DNA of 64,000 nucleotides from an uncultured Chloroflexia bacterium (GTDB taxonomy: Bacteria > Chloroflexota > Limnocylindria > Limnocylindrales > CSP1-4): contig CAVQJC010000020.1 in assembly GCA_963712745.1 (NCBI GenBank), forward strand, positions 384,001 through 448,000, in the 5' to 3' direction. Positions 51,289-61,881 of this stretch are shown piece by piece. Within the stretch, counting starts at the first letter, position 1, and each line of letters begins with the position of its first letter. A program made the translations under genes and the position numbers. Below the pieces are notes generated by a model. That model did no database searches and was not told the origin of the DNA. It was given only the letters and a program-made list of their open reading frames with translations.

Positions 51289-53388
51289 TTGGACGGCACT
51301 GCCACGCCTTTCGATCAGCAGAAGGCTATCAACACCATCCGCGCCCTGTCGATCGACGGCGTGCAGCAGGCCAATAGCGGCCATCCCGGAGCGCCCATGG
51401 GTGCGGCGCCGATGACCTACGTGTTGTGGACCGAGTTCCTGAAGCACGCGCCCACGCGCCCGGAGTGGCTCGATCGTGACCGCTTCGTGCTCAGCGCGGG
51501 CCACGCCAGCATGCTGCTCTACTCGATGCTCCACCTGAGCGGCTACGACCTGCCGCTCGAGGAACTCAAGCGCTTCCGGCAGATGGGCTCGCGCACGCCG
51601 GGTCACCCCGAGTTCGGCATGACGCCGGGCGTGGAGGCCACCACCGGCCCACTGGGCCAGGGTTTCACCAACGCGGTGGGCATGGCCATCGCCGAGCGTC
51701 GCCTGGCCGCTGAGTTCAACAGGCCGGGGCACGAGATCATCGACCACTGGACCTACACGCTCTGCTCCGACGGCGACCTCCAGGAGGGCATCACCGCCGA
51801 GGCTGCCAGCCTTGCCGGGCACCTCAAGCTGGGCAAGCTGGTCGCGCTCTACGACGACAACGACGTCCAGCTCGACGGGCCCACCTCGTGGGCCTGGTCG
51901 GAGGACGTGCTGGCCCGCTTCGAGGCCTACGGCTGGCATGTCCAGCGCGTCGACGACGGCGAGGACGCGGAGGCCATCGCCGCTGCCATCACGGCCGCGC
52001 GGGCGGACGAGCGCCCCTCCATCATCAGCGTGCGCACGACCATCGGCTTCGGCTCGCCCAACAAGGCCGGCACCTCCAAGGTCCACGGCGCCCCCCTGGG
52101 TCCAGACGAGGTCAAGCTGGTGAAGCAGGCCTACGGTCTGGACCCGGACACCACCTTCGACATCGCACCCGAGATACTGAGCCACTTCCGCGCGGCGGCC
52201 GAGAACGGCGAGGAGCTGGTGGCCGCCTGGGAGGAGCGCCTGACCGCCTATGCCCAGGCCTTCCCGGCCGAGGGTGCGGAGCTGCGCCGGCGGCTGGCCG
52301 GCCGGTTGGCCCAGGGCTGGGACGCGGACCTGCCGGCCTACACCACCGCCGACGACGGCATCGCCACGCGGAACGCTTCGATGAACGCCATCAACGGCCT
52401 CAAGGACGGCGTGCCCGAGCTCATCGGCGGCTCGGCGGACCTGTCGGGTTCGAACCTGACAGACATGGCCGAGGCCGGCGTCTTCAGCGCCGACCAGAGT
52501 GGCCGCAACATCCGCTACGGCGTGCGCGAGCACGCCATGGGTGGCATCGCCAACGGCATCGCCTATCACGGCGGACTGCTCCCCTTCGTGGCCACGTTCC
52601 TGCCGTTCAGCGACTACATGCGCGGCTCGGTCCGCCTGGCGGCTCTGTCCGGCCTGCAGGTGGCCTACGTCTGGACGCACGACTCGGTCGGCGTGGGCGA
52701 GGACGGTCCCACCCATCAGCCGGTCGAGCACTACGCCGCCCTGCGGGCCATCCCCAACCTCACCTTCATCCGGCCGGGCGATCCCAACGAGGCCTCCGCG
52801 GCCTGGGCGCTGGCGGTCGAGAACCGCGGTGGACCGACGGCCATGGCTTTCACCCGCCAGAAGCTGCCGGTGCTGCCGGGCACGGCCGAGCTGAGCCGTG
52901 GCGGAGTACGCGCCGGCGGCTACGTGCTGGCCGAGGCCACTACGGCCGATGGGACCGTGACCGGCCCCGAGCTCATCCTCCTGGCCACCGGCTCGGAGCT
53001 GCACCTGGCCATGGCTGCGCGCGAGATCCTGGCCGCCGAGGGACTCAAGGTGCGCGTCGTCTCGATGCCCAGCTGGGAGCGCTTCGAAGCGCAGCCGGCG
53101 GCCTACCGCGACGAGGTCCTGCCGCCGTCGGTGACGGCACGCGTGTCCATCGAGGCCGGCGTCTCGCTGGGCTGGGACCGCTGGGTCAACACGCGCCACG
53201 GCGCCATCATGGCCATCGACCGCTTCGGCCTCTCGGCACCGGCGGGGCAGATCTTCGAGAAGTTCGGATTCACGCCGGAGAACGTGGCCAACGTCGCGCG
53301 CGGCGTCCTGGCCGGCGAGGTGCGAGGCGTCATCTCACCCGACGCCGAGCATGCCGGCGCCACCCTCAATGCTGTGGAGGCCCGCTAG
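51289..53388 (+). CDS. tkt: Transketolase
   Basis: [37 protein letters not shown]. Confidence 0.97.
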   Translation: MDGTATPFDQQKAINTIRALSIDGVQQANSGHPGAPMGAAPMTYVLWTEFLKHAPTRPEWLDRDRFVLSAGHASMLLYSMLHLSGYDLPLEELKRFRQMGSRTPGHPEFGMTPGVEATTGPLGQGFTNAVGMAIAERRLAAEFNRPGHEIIDHWTYTLCSDGDLQEGITAEAASLAGHLKLGKLVALYDDNDVQLDGPTSWAWSEDVLARFEAYGWHVQRVDDGEDAEAIAAAITAARADERPSIISVRTTIGFGSPNKAGTSKVHGAPLGPDEVKLVKQAYGLDPDTTFDIAPEILSHFRAAAENGEELVAAWEERLTAYAQAFPAEGAELRRRLAGRLAQGWDADLPAYTTADDGIATRNASMNAINGLKDGVPELIGGSADLSGSNLTDMAEAGVFSADQSGRNIRYGVREHAMGGIANGIAYHGGLLPFVATFLPFSDYMRGSVRLAALSGLQVAYVWTHDSVGVGEDGPTHQPVEHYAALRAIPNLTFIRPGDPNEASAAWALAVENRGGPTAMAFTRQKLPVLPGTAELSRGGVRAGGYVLAEATTADGTVTGPELILLATGSELHLAMAAREILAAEGLKVRVVSMPSWERFEAQPAAYRDEVLPPSVTARVSIEAGVSLGWDRWVNTRHGAIMAIDRFGLSAPAGQIFEKFGFTPENVANVARGVLAGEVRGVISPDAEHAGATLNAVEAR

Positions 53389-55101
53389 ATGGACACGACA
53401 CTGAAGCTGCCCGCGGCGCTGCAGGGCACCGTCGACGAGGCCGTCGCCCGGGCGGTCGGCGACCGCTGGGCGAGCCGAATGTGGGCGCGGGACACCAGCC
53501 TCTGGACCGACGACGCGGAGGTCGCGGCCAAGATCGCCAACCGGCTCGGCTGGCTCGACGCACCCGCTGCCTTCACCGACGAGGTGGCCGAGCTGACCGC
53601 CTTCGGAGAGAAGATCGAGCAGTCGGGATACACCGACGTGCTCGTCTGCGGCATGGGTGGCTCGTCACTCGCGCCGGAGGTGCTGTCCCGGACCTACCCC
53701 GATTCCGACAAGGGCCTCCGGGTCCACGTCCTCGATTCGACCGACCCGGCCGCCATCGCGGCCTACGACGAGACGCTCGACCCCGGGCGCACGCTGCGCA
53801 TCGTGGCTACCAAGTCCGGCAGCACCACCGAGACGCTGGCCTTCCTGGCTCACTACTGGCAACTCGAAGAGCATCGCGTCGGTCGCTTCCCCCACAGCAA
53901 GGCCGGCAACGAGTTCGTCTCGATCTCCGATCCCGGTGCTCCGCTCAAGGCCATCCCCCACTCCAACTACTTCCGCGAGACGTTTCTCAACCCCGCCGAC
54001 GTGGGCGGCCGCTACAGCGCCCTGACCTACGTGGGCCTGGTGCCGGCGGCGCTGCTGCAGCTCGACCTCGATCCCTTGCTCGAGGACGCGCGCATCATGG
54101 CCGAGGCGTCGAAGGCCGATTCGGGCGACAACGCAGCCCTCGTGCTGGGCGCGGCCATGGCTGCGCTGGCGAAGGCTGGACGCGACAAGCTGACCTTCGT
54201 CATCGAGCCCGACCTGGCGGCGCTGGGCGGCTGGCTGGAGCAGCTCATCGCCGAGTCGACCGGCAAGCAGGGCATGGGCATCGTGCCCGTCGATGGCGAG
54301 CCGCTGGGTGATCCCGAGGTCTATGGTGACGACCGCGTCTTTGTCCGCCTGGGTCCGGCCAGCGACAGCGACTGGCATGCCGAGGTCGACGCCAGGCTGG
54401 GTGCGCTCATCGAAGCCGGACATCCGCTCATCGACATCCGCCTCGACGACGCTTCCTGGGTCGCGGCCGAGTTCTTCCGCTGGGAGTTCGCCACCGCGGT
54501 CGCCGGCATCGGTCTCGGCGTGAACCCCTTCGACGAGCCCAACGTCACCGAGTCCAAGCAGAACACGGCCGCTGTGCTCGAGGTCTACGCCAAGGAACGT
54601 GCGCTGCCGGACCCGCCGCCGAGCGCCACCCGCGGGCCGCTGCGAGCCTGGCGTGCCGGCGGCGGAGAAGCCGACTTCATCGGACTGCTGCGCGAACACA
54701 TCGGGCGCGCCCCCGAGAACGGCTACTTCCAGATCGGCGCCTACATCGCGCCGACGGCGGCCCGCAGCGAGCTGCTGGCGGCCCTGCAGGCGGGCCTGCG
54801 GGACGGTACGGGCAAGGCTTCGACGCTGGGCTACGGCCCACGCTTCCTGCACTCCACCGGCCAGCTGCACAAGGGTGGTGCCCCCATCGGCTGCTTCATC
54901 CAGCTCACCAACGGCCACCCGGTCGACATCGACATCCCCGGACGGCACGAGTCTTTCGGTGTACTCGTCGATGCCCAGGCCATGGGCGACCTGGCGGCCT
55001 TCGGGGCACACGGGCTTCCGGCCCTGCGCATCGACCTCGGCGACGACCCCGAGGCGGGCCTGACCGAGTTGCTCGGGGCGCTGGCTCTGGCCTTGGCCTG
55101 A
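53389..55101 (+). CDS. pgi: Glucose-6-phosphate isomerase (type found in Tal-Pgi fusions)
   Basis: GMGGSSL, KSGST, VGGRYS, EQLIAESTGK, NPFDEPNV. Confidence 0.92.
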   Translation: MDTTLKLPAALQGTVDEAVARAVGDRWASRMWARDTSLWTDDAEVAAKIANRLGWLDAPAAFTDEVAELTAFGEKIEQSGYTDVLVCGMGGSSLAPEVLSRTYPDSDKGLRVHVLDSTDPAAIAAYDETLDPGRTLRIVATKSGSTTETLAFLAHYWQLEEHRVGRFPHSKAGNEFVSISDPGAPLKAIPHSNYFRETFLNPADVGGRYSALTYVGLVPAALLQLDLDPLLEDARIMAEASKADSGDNAALVLGAAMAALAKAGRDKLTFVIEPDLAALGGWLEQLIAESTGKQGMGIVPVDGEPLGDPEVYGDDRVFVRLGPASDSDWHAEVDARLGALIEAGHPLIDIRLDDASWVAAEFFRWEFATAVAGIGLGVNPFDEPNVTESKQNTAAVLEVYAKERALPDPPPSATRGPLRAWRAGGGEADFIGLLREHIGRAPENGYFQIGAYIAPTAARSELLAALQAGLRDGTGKASTLGYGPRFLHSTGQLHKGGAPIGCFIQLTNGHPVDIDIPGRHESFGVLVDAQAMGDLAAFGAHGLPALRIDLGDDPEAGLTELLGALALALA

Positions 55102-55152
55102 GCCTGGCCCACAGTCGCGGCCGCGGCCGCCACAGACGAGGACACGAGAACG

Positions 55153-56052
55153 ATGGATCTGGTACTGGCAGGACTCGGGCGCATGGGCGCCAACATGGCC
55201 CGCCGCCTGCATCGGGCCGGCCACCACGTGGTCACCTACAACCGCTCCCCGGACAAGGTGAGCGACATCATGGCCGAGGGGCTCGACGGTGCGTTCACGC
55301 CGGCCCAGGCCGTGGCCAAGCTGCCCACGCCGAAGGTCGTCTGGCTGATGGTGCCCGCCGGCGATGCCACCGAGGCCACGATGGAGGAGTTCGCGGCGCT
55401 GCTCGCGGCCGGCGACACCATCGTCGACGGCGGCAACGCCAACTTCAAGGACAGCAAGCGCCGGCACGCGCTGCTGGCCGAGCGCGACATCCACTTCGTC
55501 GACGCCGGCATCAGCGGCGGCGTGTGGGGCCTCGAGAACGGCTACGGCACCATGGTCGGCGGAGACCGTGAGGCGGTCGCACCGCTGGAACCCGTCTTCA
55601 CCGCGCTCGCGCCCGAGGGCGGCTATATCCATTGCGGGCCGTCCGGCTCGGGCCACTACACCAAGATGGTCCACAACGGCATCGAGTACGGCCTGATGCA
55701 GGCCTACGCGGAGGGCTTCGAGATCCTCCATGCGGGCGAGTATCCGCTCGACCTGGAGGCCGTGGCCAAGGCCTGGCAGCACGGCACCGTCATCCGCTCG
55801 TGGCTGCTGGAGCTGGCTGGCAACGCCTTCGCCGAGCGTGGCGAGTCGCTCGAGGGCGTGCGTGGCTGGGTGGCCGACTCGGGCGAGGGCCGCTGGACGG
55901 TACAGGAGGCGATGGACCTGGACGTGCCGGCCCCGGTCATCACGCAGTCACTCATCACCCGCTTCCGCTCACGCCAGGACGAGTCCTATACGGCGCAGGT
56001 GCTGGCCGCGCTGCGCGAGCAGTTCGGCGGCCACGCCATCAAGGAGAAATAG
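55153..56052 (+). CDS. gnd: 6-phosphogluconate dehydrogenase, short decarboxylating type
   Basis: GLGRMG, KMVHNGIEYG, DSGEGRW, FGGH. Confidence 0.95.
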   Translation: MDLVLAGLGRMGANMARRLHRAGHHVVTYNRSPDKVSDIMAEGLDGAFTPAQAVAKLPTPKVVWLMVPAGDATEATMEEFAALLAAGDTIVDGGNANFKDSKRRHALLAERDIHFVDAGISGGVWGLENGYGTMVGGDREAVAPLEPVFTALAPEGGYIHCGPSGSGHYTKMVHNGIEYGLMQAYAEGFEILHAGEYPLDLEAVAKAWQHGTVIRSWLLELAGNAFAERGESLEGVRGWVADSGEGRWTVQEAMDLDVPAPVITQSLITRFRSRQDESYTAQVLAALREQFGGHAIKEK

Positions 56053-56064
56053 GAGCGCCGGACC

Positions 56065-57741
56065 ATGGCTAGCCCAGGGGCGACGAAGACGAATGCGAAG
56101 CGCGCCGGCGATGGCCGCGCCCGGCACGTGATGCACCGCGACGCCGCCGAGGACGCCGCCAACGCCAACCCGCTGCGCGCGGGCACACGCCTGGAACGAG
56201 TACCCGACCCGGCCATCGTGGTCGTCTTCGGCGCTACCGGCGACCTCTCCCACCGCAAGATCCTGCCCGCCTTCTACAACCTGCGCCGGGCCGGGCTGCT
56301 GCCCACTGAGACGAGCATCGTGGGCTACTCGCGGCGCGCCTACACCGACGCAGCCTTCGCCGAGGAGATGCGCGAGGCTGTCGCCGAGCACTCGCGCAAC
56401 GAGGTCGAGACCGCGCTGTGGAACGACTTCGCCCAGACCATCCACTACCAGCAGGGCGACTTCAGCAAGGCCTCCGACTACACCCGTCTCGCGGAGCGAC
56501 TCGACCAGATCGACGCGGCGGCCGGGTGTCGCGGCAACCGGCTCTTCTACCTGGCCACACCGCCCAGCGCCTACGAGGAGATCGTGGCCAACCTCGGCGC
56601 CGCCGGCCTGGCCGACCCCGAGGGCGCGTGGAGCCGCATCGTGATCGAGAAGCCCTTCGGCCACGACCTCGAGTCGGGGCACGCGCTCAACGACGCGGTC
56701 ATGCGCTCGTTCGACGAGTCGCAGGTCTATCGCATCGACCACTACTTGGGCAAGGACACCGTCCGCAACCTGCTCGTGTTCCGCTTCGCCAACGGCATCT
56801 TCGAGCCGGTCTGGAACCGGCGCTACGTGGACCACGTCCAGATCACCGTGGCCGAAGACCTGGGGGTCGAGACCCGTGGCGCCTTCTATGAGGAGGCGGG
56901 CGCGTCGCGTGACATCCTCCAGAACCACATGCTTCAGTTGCTCAGCCTGGTGGCCATGGAGCCGCCCATCAACTTCGAGGCTGATGCGCTGCGTGACGAG
57001 AAGGTGCGCGTGCTGCGCGCCATCGACACCGACTGGACAGCGGCGCGTATCCACGCCGACGTGGTCCGCGGCCAGTACGAGGCCGGGTGGGTAGCGGACC
57101 GCAAGGTCAGGAGCTACCGCGATGAGGAGCACGTCTCGCCCGAGTCGAGCGTCGAGACCTACGTGGCCTTGCGCCTGGAGGTCGAGAACTGGCGCTGGGC
57201 TGGCGTGCCCTTCTACCTGCGCACGGGCAAGCATCTGCCACGACGGGCGACCGAGATCGCCATCCAGTTCAACCGGCCGCCGCTGACGCTGTTCAAGGAC
57301 AGTGCCTCCGACCCCGAGCCGAACATGCTGGCCATGCGCATCCAGCCCGACGAGGGCATCATGCTGCGCTTCGCGGCCAAGGTGCCCGACCTGGGACTGG
57401 ACGTGCGCAGCGTGAACATGGACTTCACCTACGGCTCGACCTTCCTTTCGGACGCGCCCGAGGCCTACGAGACCCTCCTGCTCGATGCCATGCTCGGCGA
57501 CGCCTCGCTTTTCACCCGCGCCGACGAGGTCGAGGCCGCCTGGAGCCTGGTCACCCCGCTCAACCAGATGTGGCAGGAGTGGGGGGCCGATGGTGGTGAC
57601 GGCAAGGGCAGGTCGAGGGCCAAGTCTCGGCCCCTGGGCAAGCTCGACGGCGCCCTGCAGCCGTACGAAGCGGGCACATGGGGCCCCGAGGCCGCGGACC
57701 GGCTGCTGGGACGGGATGGCAGACGATGGCGTCGCCTGTAG
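56065..57741 (+). CDS. zwf: Glucose-6-phosphate dehydrogenase
   Basis: GATGDL, EKPFG, RIDHYLGK, GVPFYLRTGK. Confidence 0.97.
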   Translation: MASPGATKTNAKRAGDGRARHVMHRDAAEDAANANPLRAGTRLERVPDPAIVVVFGATGDLSHRKILPAFYNLRRAGLLPTETSIVGYSRRAYTDAAFAEEMREAVAEHSRNEVETALWNDFAQTIHYQQGDFSKASDYTRLAERLDQIDAAAGCRGNRLFYLATPPSAYEEIVANLGAAGLADPEGAWSRIVIEKPFGHDLESGHALNDAVMRSFDESQVYRIDHYLGKDTVRNLLVFRFANGIFEPVWNRRYVDHVQITVAEDLGVETRGAFYEEAGASRDILQNHMLQLLSLVAMEPPINFEADALRDEKVRVLRAIDTDWTAARIHADVVRGQYEAGWVADRKVRSYRDEEHVSPESSVETYVALRLEVENWRWAGVPFYLRTGKHLPRRATEIAIQFNRPPLTLFKDSASDPEPNMLAMRIQPDEGIMLRFAAKVPDLGLDVRSVNMDFTYGSTFLSDAPEAYETLLLDAMLGDASLFTRADEVEAAWSLVTPLNQMWQEWGADGGDGKGRSRAKSRPLGKLDGALQPYEAGTWGPEAADRLLGRDGRRWRRL

Positions 57742-58988
57742 TCCCCATCCGCTTCGACGAGGCCGGTTCCTGGCGCTGGCACGTCCGCACCGACTCCATC
57801 AAGGCCACCACGGACGCACTCTCCAGCCTCTGGGGCCGGGTGGCGCAGGAGGCCCGAGGCGAGGCCATCGGCGGCGAGGCCGGTCACGCCTTCGCCCACG
57901 GTGACCCGCGGCTGGCCGCACACTTGCCCGGCGACGATGACGGCGGCGTGCGGGTCCGCACGCGTACCTCGGTTCTCACACTGGTAGTGGTGGCGCCACG
58001 TCCGGAGCTCGTGGACCGGGCCATGGCCACCGTCTCCACCCTCGCTTCACGCCACCCTTCGCGGGCGGTCGTGCTCTCCCCTACCGATCCCGACGGTCCA
58101 TCCAGCTTCGAGGCCCACCTCTACGCCTCGTGCCAGCTGCCCGAGCGCGGCTCCAGTGAGATCTGCACCGAGGAGATCCTCATCAGGGTCGGTGGCGAGC
58201 TGGCCCAGCACCTCTCGAGCACGGTCGCACCACTGCTCATCCATGACCTGCCGGTCGTGCTCTGGTGGCCCGACGACGTGCCCTTCGGCCGGCCCGACTT
58301 CACCGAGCTGGCCGACGAGTGCGACCGCCTCTTCGTCGACTCCGGCCACTTCCGCGGCCACGGCCTCTCGCGACTCGTGGGCATGTCCGACGCGGTCTAC
58401 TCCGGCCTCGTCGTGCACGACGTGAGCTGGATGCGGCTGATGCTCTGGCGCGAGCTGCTGGCCACCTGCTTCGACCATCCTCTGCTGGTCCGCGAGCTCA
58501 AGCATCTGCACAGCATCCGCATCGACGTGGCCCGGCCGGCGGGTGAGGTGCGGCTCTCACGGGCGCTGCTCTTCGTGGGCTGGCTCGTGTCGCGGCTGAG
58601 GCTGCAGGTCGTGGAGCCGCTGCGACCTGGGCCGGACGAGGCCTGGAGGGCCCGGCTCCGCACGGGCAGGCGCGACATCGAGGTCGAGATCCGGCCCGTG
58701 GAAGTCGAGTACAGCGGCGCCGTACGCGCCGCTGGCTCGGTGGTGCGGGCGGAGTTGGAAGCGGGACGGAAGGACGCCCACACGCAGGTCAACATCACCC
58801 GCCAGGCCGATCATCTGCTGGCCACGGCCGACTGGAACGGGGCCTCGGTGGTACGCCGCGCGAGCATGCTGGAGGCCTTCGACGAGGCACCCTACCTGGC
58901 CGACTCGCTCGACCGCACCGGGCACGACCGGCTCTTCGCCCAGGCCCTGGAGAAAGCGGTGTCGCTGATCGAGGATCACACTCGATGA
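57726..58988 (+). CDS. opcA: G6PD assembly protein OpcA
   Basis: HPSRAV, PLLIHDLPVVLWW, DVSWMRL; follows zwf. Confidence 0.9.
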   Translation: MASPVVPIRFDEAGSWRWHVRTDSIKATTDALSSLWGRVAQEARGEAIGGEAGHAFAHGDPRLAAHLPGDDDGGVRVRTRTSVLTLVVVAPRPELVDRAMATVSTLASRHPSRAVVLSPTDPDGPSSFEAHLYASCQLPERGSSEICTEEILIRVGGELAQHLSSTVAPLLIHDLPVVLWWPDDVPFGRPDFTELADECDRLFVDSGHFRGHGLSRLVGMSDAVYSGLVVHDVSWMRLMLWRELLATCFDHPLLVRELKHLHSIRIDVARPAGEVRLSRALLFVGWLVSRLRLQVVEPLRPGPDEAWRARLRTGRRDIEVEIRPVEVEYSGAVRAAGSVVRAELEAGRKDAHTQVNITRQADHLLATADWNGASVVRRASMLEAFDEAPYLADSLDRTGHDRLFAQALEKAVSLIEDHTR

Positions 58989-59740
58989 TGCGCACCTCGG
59001 TGGTGGTCTGCGAGGACACCGCCGGCATCGCTGCGCGCGCGCTGGACCTCGTGGTCGATGGCTTGCGCGCCGGGACTGGGGCACGCGGTGTGGCGCATCT
59101 GGCGCTCACCGGCGGTTCCTCGGCCGCGGCCCTCTTCGCACTCCTGCGCTCGGACGCGCGGGCACGACGGGTCGACTGGACGCGGGTCCACGTCTGGCAG
59201 GGCGACGAGCGCTTCGTACCGCTGGACCACCCCGACCGAAACTGGGCCGCCGCTCTGCGCGACTGGCTCGAGACGGACGGTGGTGCCGGTACGGGCCGGC
59301 ATCCCATCCCGGTCGACGAGGCTATCGCCGGCGGCCACGATGCGGCCTGGGCCGCAGCGCGCTACGCGGACGAGCTCGGCGGCACGCTGCCCGTGCGCGA
59401 CGGTGCGCCATCGTTCGACGTCATGCTTCTGGGCATGGGCGGCGACGGCCACATCCTCTCCACCTTCCCGGGCTCGCCGCCGGTGGCAGAGTTCCGGGTC
59501 CCGGCGCTGCCGGTGGCGGCACCCACGCACATCGAGCCGCACCTGCCGCGGGTGACGCTGTCGCCGTTCCTGTTGCGCTCGGCGCGGGACATCGTGGTCA
59601 TGGTCCCCGGCGCCGGCAAGGCCGGGACCGTCGCGGACGTGCTGGGCTCGCCCTTCGAGCCTGCGCGACTGCCGGCCCAGCTGGCGGTCCGTCCCTCCGC
59701 AGTGTGGCTGCTGGAACCGGGGAGCGCCGCCGAGCTGTAG
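58985..59740 (+). CDS. pgl: 6-phosphogluconolactonase
   Basis: LTGGSS, GDERFVP, LGMGGDGH, RVTL. Confidence 0.93.
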   Translation: MMRTSVVVCEDTAGIAARALDLVVDGLRAGTGARGVAHLALTGGSSAAALFALLRSDARARRVDWTRVHVWQGDERFVPLDHPDRNWAAALRDWLETDGGAGTGRHPIPVDEAIAGGHDAAWAAARYADELGGTLPVRDGAPSFDVMLLGMGGDGHILSTFPGSPPVAEFRVPALPVAAPTHIEPHLPRVTLSPFLLRSARDIVVMVPGAGKAGTVADVLGSPFEPARLPAQLAVRPSAVWLLEPGSAAEL

Positions 59741-59786
59741 GGCTCTGTAACGCGCATGTCATCGCCAGTGCGCGATAATCACGCGC

Positions 59787-60212
59787 ATGAGTCCAGATAA
59801 GCAAGGTACCGACGAGGTCCGCCTCCGTATCGGTGAGGCAGCCAAGCAACTGGGGGTCAGCCCGGATACCCTGCGCCGCTGGGCGGAGGCCGGTCGCATC
59901 GAGGTCGAGCTGACGCGAGGCGGCCAGCGCACCGTACGCCAGGGCGATGTCTCGAGGCTCGCCGCCGAGCGCCGTCGCGAGGGCGCCGACCGCCCCATCG
60001 TGGCCCAGTCCGCCCGTAATCGCTTCGCCGGCACCGTCACGCGCGTGGAACGCGGTGGCGTGGCCGCGGTGGTGGAGGTCCAGGCCGGGCCACACCGGCT
60101 GGTGAGCCTGATGACGCGCGAGGCTTCGGAAGAGCTGGACCTTGCGCCCGGCGACGAGGTCGTGTGCGTGGTCAAGGCCACCGACGTCATCGTGGAGGTG
60201 CCGTCGAGCTGA
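59787..60212 (+). CDS. MerR-type HTH plus TOBE molybdate-responsive regulator
   Basis: IGEAAKQLGVSPDTLRRW; SARNRF...VKATDV. Confidence 0.92.
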   Translation: MSPDKQGTDEVRLRIGEAAKQLGVSPDTLRRWAEAGRIEVELTRGGQRTVRQGDVSRLAAERRREGADRPIVAQSARNRFAGTVTRVERGGVAAVVEVQAGPHRLVSLMTREASEELDLAPGDEVVCVVKATDVIVEVPSS

Positions 60213-60256
60213 AGGCCACCCCGCGCCGCTCGCCGGGCGCGCGGTGGTGGCTTGCG

Positions 60257-61012
60257 GTGCTCTTGAGCCTGACCGTGCTTTCCGTGGTGGTGGCCTGCCG
60301 CGAGCACGAAGAGGACGGCCTGACGGTCTTCGCCGCCGCCTCGTTGCACGACGCCATGGCCGGTCTCGAGCTGGCCTGGGCCGCAGAACGCCCGGACGCG
60401 CCGCTGACCATCGCCACCGAGGCCTCCAACGTCCTCGCCGCACAGATCGGCGAGGGCGCCGGGGCAGACGTCTTCATCTCGGCGGACAGGCGCCGACCGC
60501 GCGAGCTGGCCGAGGCCGGCCTGACCGGGAGCCAGCCGGTGCCGTTCGCGCGCAACCGCGTGACCATCGTGGTCCCGGCGGCGGACGGACACGTACGCCA
60601 GCCGGCCGACCTGGCCATCCCCGGCACCCGTCTCGTGGCCATCGGACGGGGCGTGCCCATCACCGGCTACGCCGACGAGGCACTGGCGCGACTGGCGGCC
60701 ACGATGGACGACCCGGAATCCTTCAGCCAGGCCGTCGGCGCCAACGTCGTCTCGCGCGAGGACAACGTACGGGCGGCCCTGGCCAAGGTCGCGCTGGGCG
60801 AGGGGGATGCCGCGGTCGTCTATCGCACCGACGCGGCCAGCAGCGAGGCCGTTCGTGAGATCCCCTTTCCAGCGGAGGTCACGGTAACGGCCGAGTACGC
60901 CGCGGTGGCCGTGAGCGAGCGCAAGCTCGCCACCGAGTTCGTGGAGTGGCTGGGCAGTGCGGCGGCGGTGGAAGTGCTGCAGACCGCGGGCTTCGAGGCC
61001 GGCGCGCGGTGA
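60257..61012 (+). CDS. modA: Molybdate ABC substrate-binding lipoprotein (start approximate)
   Basis: VVAC lipobox, VFAAASL, ADVFISA, VYRTD. Confidence 0.9.
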   Translation: MLLSLTVLSVVVACREHEEDGLTVFAAASLHDAMAGLELAWAAERPDAPLTIATEASNVLAAQIGEGAGADVFISADRRRPRELAEAGLTGSQPVPFARNRVTIVVPAADGHVRQPADLAIPGTRLVAIGRGVPITGYADEALARLAATMDDPESFSQAVGANVVSREDNVRAALAKVALGEGDAAVVYRTDAASSEAVREIPFPAEVTVTAEYAAVAVSERKLATEFVEWLGSAAAVEVLQTAGFEAGAR

Positions 61013-61854
61013 GCAGCCCGGTCCTGGTGCGCTCGTCATCGCCACCTCGGCCGTCGTGGTCGCAACGACCCTCACGCTGGGTGGTGGCGCTGGCGGTGGT
61101 GGGCCTGGCCTTCCTTGCGCTGCCGGTCCTGGCGCTCCTGCTGCGCGCCATCGAATCGGGCGCCCTCGCCTCCGCGTTGGCCGGCCGGGCCGTGCTCGAC
61201 GCGCTCATCCTGAGCCTGTCCAGCACGGCCGTCGCCCTGCTCATCGTGATCATCTTCGGCACGCCTCTGGCGTACGTGTTGGCCCGCACCACCTTCCGCG
61301 GCAAGGTGCTGGCGGAAGCGCTGGTAGACCTGCCCATCGTGCTGCCGCCGTCGGTGGCCGGCCTGGCCCTGCTCTTCGCCTACGGCCGCAACGGTATCGC
61401 CGGCGCCTCGCTCGAGCTGCTGGGCCTGACCCTGCCCTTCACCACCCTGGCGGTCATCGTGGCCCAGGTCTTCGTGGCCAGCCCCTTCTACATCCGGGCC
61501 GCGCGGGCCGGCTTCCGGGCGGTGGCCCCCGACGTGGAGGAGGCAGCGCGCGTTGACGGGGCCTCGGAGAACACCGTGCTGGGGCGCATGACCCTGCCCC
61601 TGGCCGCGCCGGCCATCGGAGCCGGGCTGGTACTGGCCTGGGCCCGGGCACTGGGCGAGTTCGGGGCCACCATCCTCTTCGCCGGCAACATCGAGGGCCG
61701 CACCCAGACGTTGCCCTTGCTCGTCTACAGCGAATTCCAGGCCGGTCTCGACAGCGCCATGGCTGCGGCCACCATCCTGGTGCTGGCGGCGCTGGGCGTG
61801 CTGGTGGCAGTGCGGGTCATGCGCTGGCCCTCGGGCGCCGGCTGGTTCGCCTGA
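61009..61854 (+). CDS. modB: Molybdate ABC permease
   Basis: DLPIVLPPSVAG, ARALGEFGAT. Confidence 0.95.
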   Translation: MSSPVLVRSSSPPRPSWSQRPSRWVVALAVVGLAFLALPVLALLLRAIESGALASALAGRAVLDALILSLSSTAVALLIVIIFGTPLAYVLARTTFRGKVLAEALVDLPIVLPPSVAGLALLFAYGRNGIAGASLELLGLTLPFTTLAVIVAQVFVASPFYIRAARAGFRAVAPDVEEAARVDGASENTVLGRMTLPLAAPAIGAGLVLAWARALGEFGATILFAGNIEGRTQTLPLLVYSEFQAGLDSAMAAATILVLAALGVLVAVRVMRWPSGAGWFA

Positions 61855-61881
61855 GAACCAGAGCGGCGTCGGTGACCGCGC

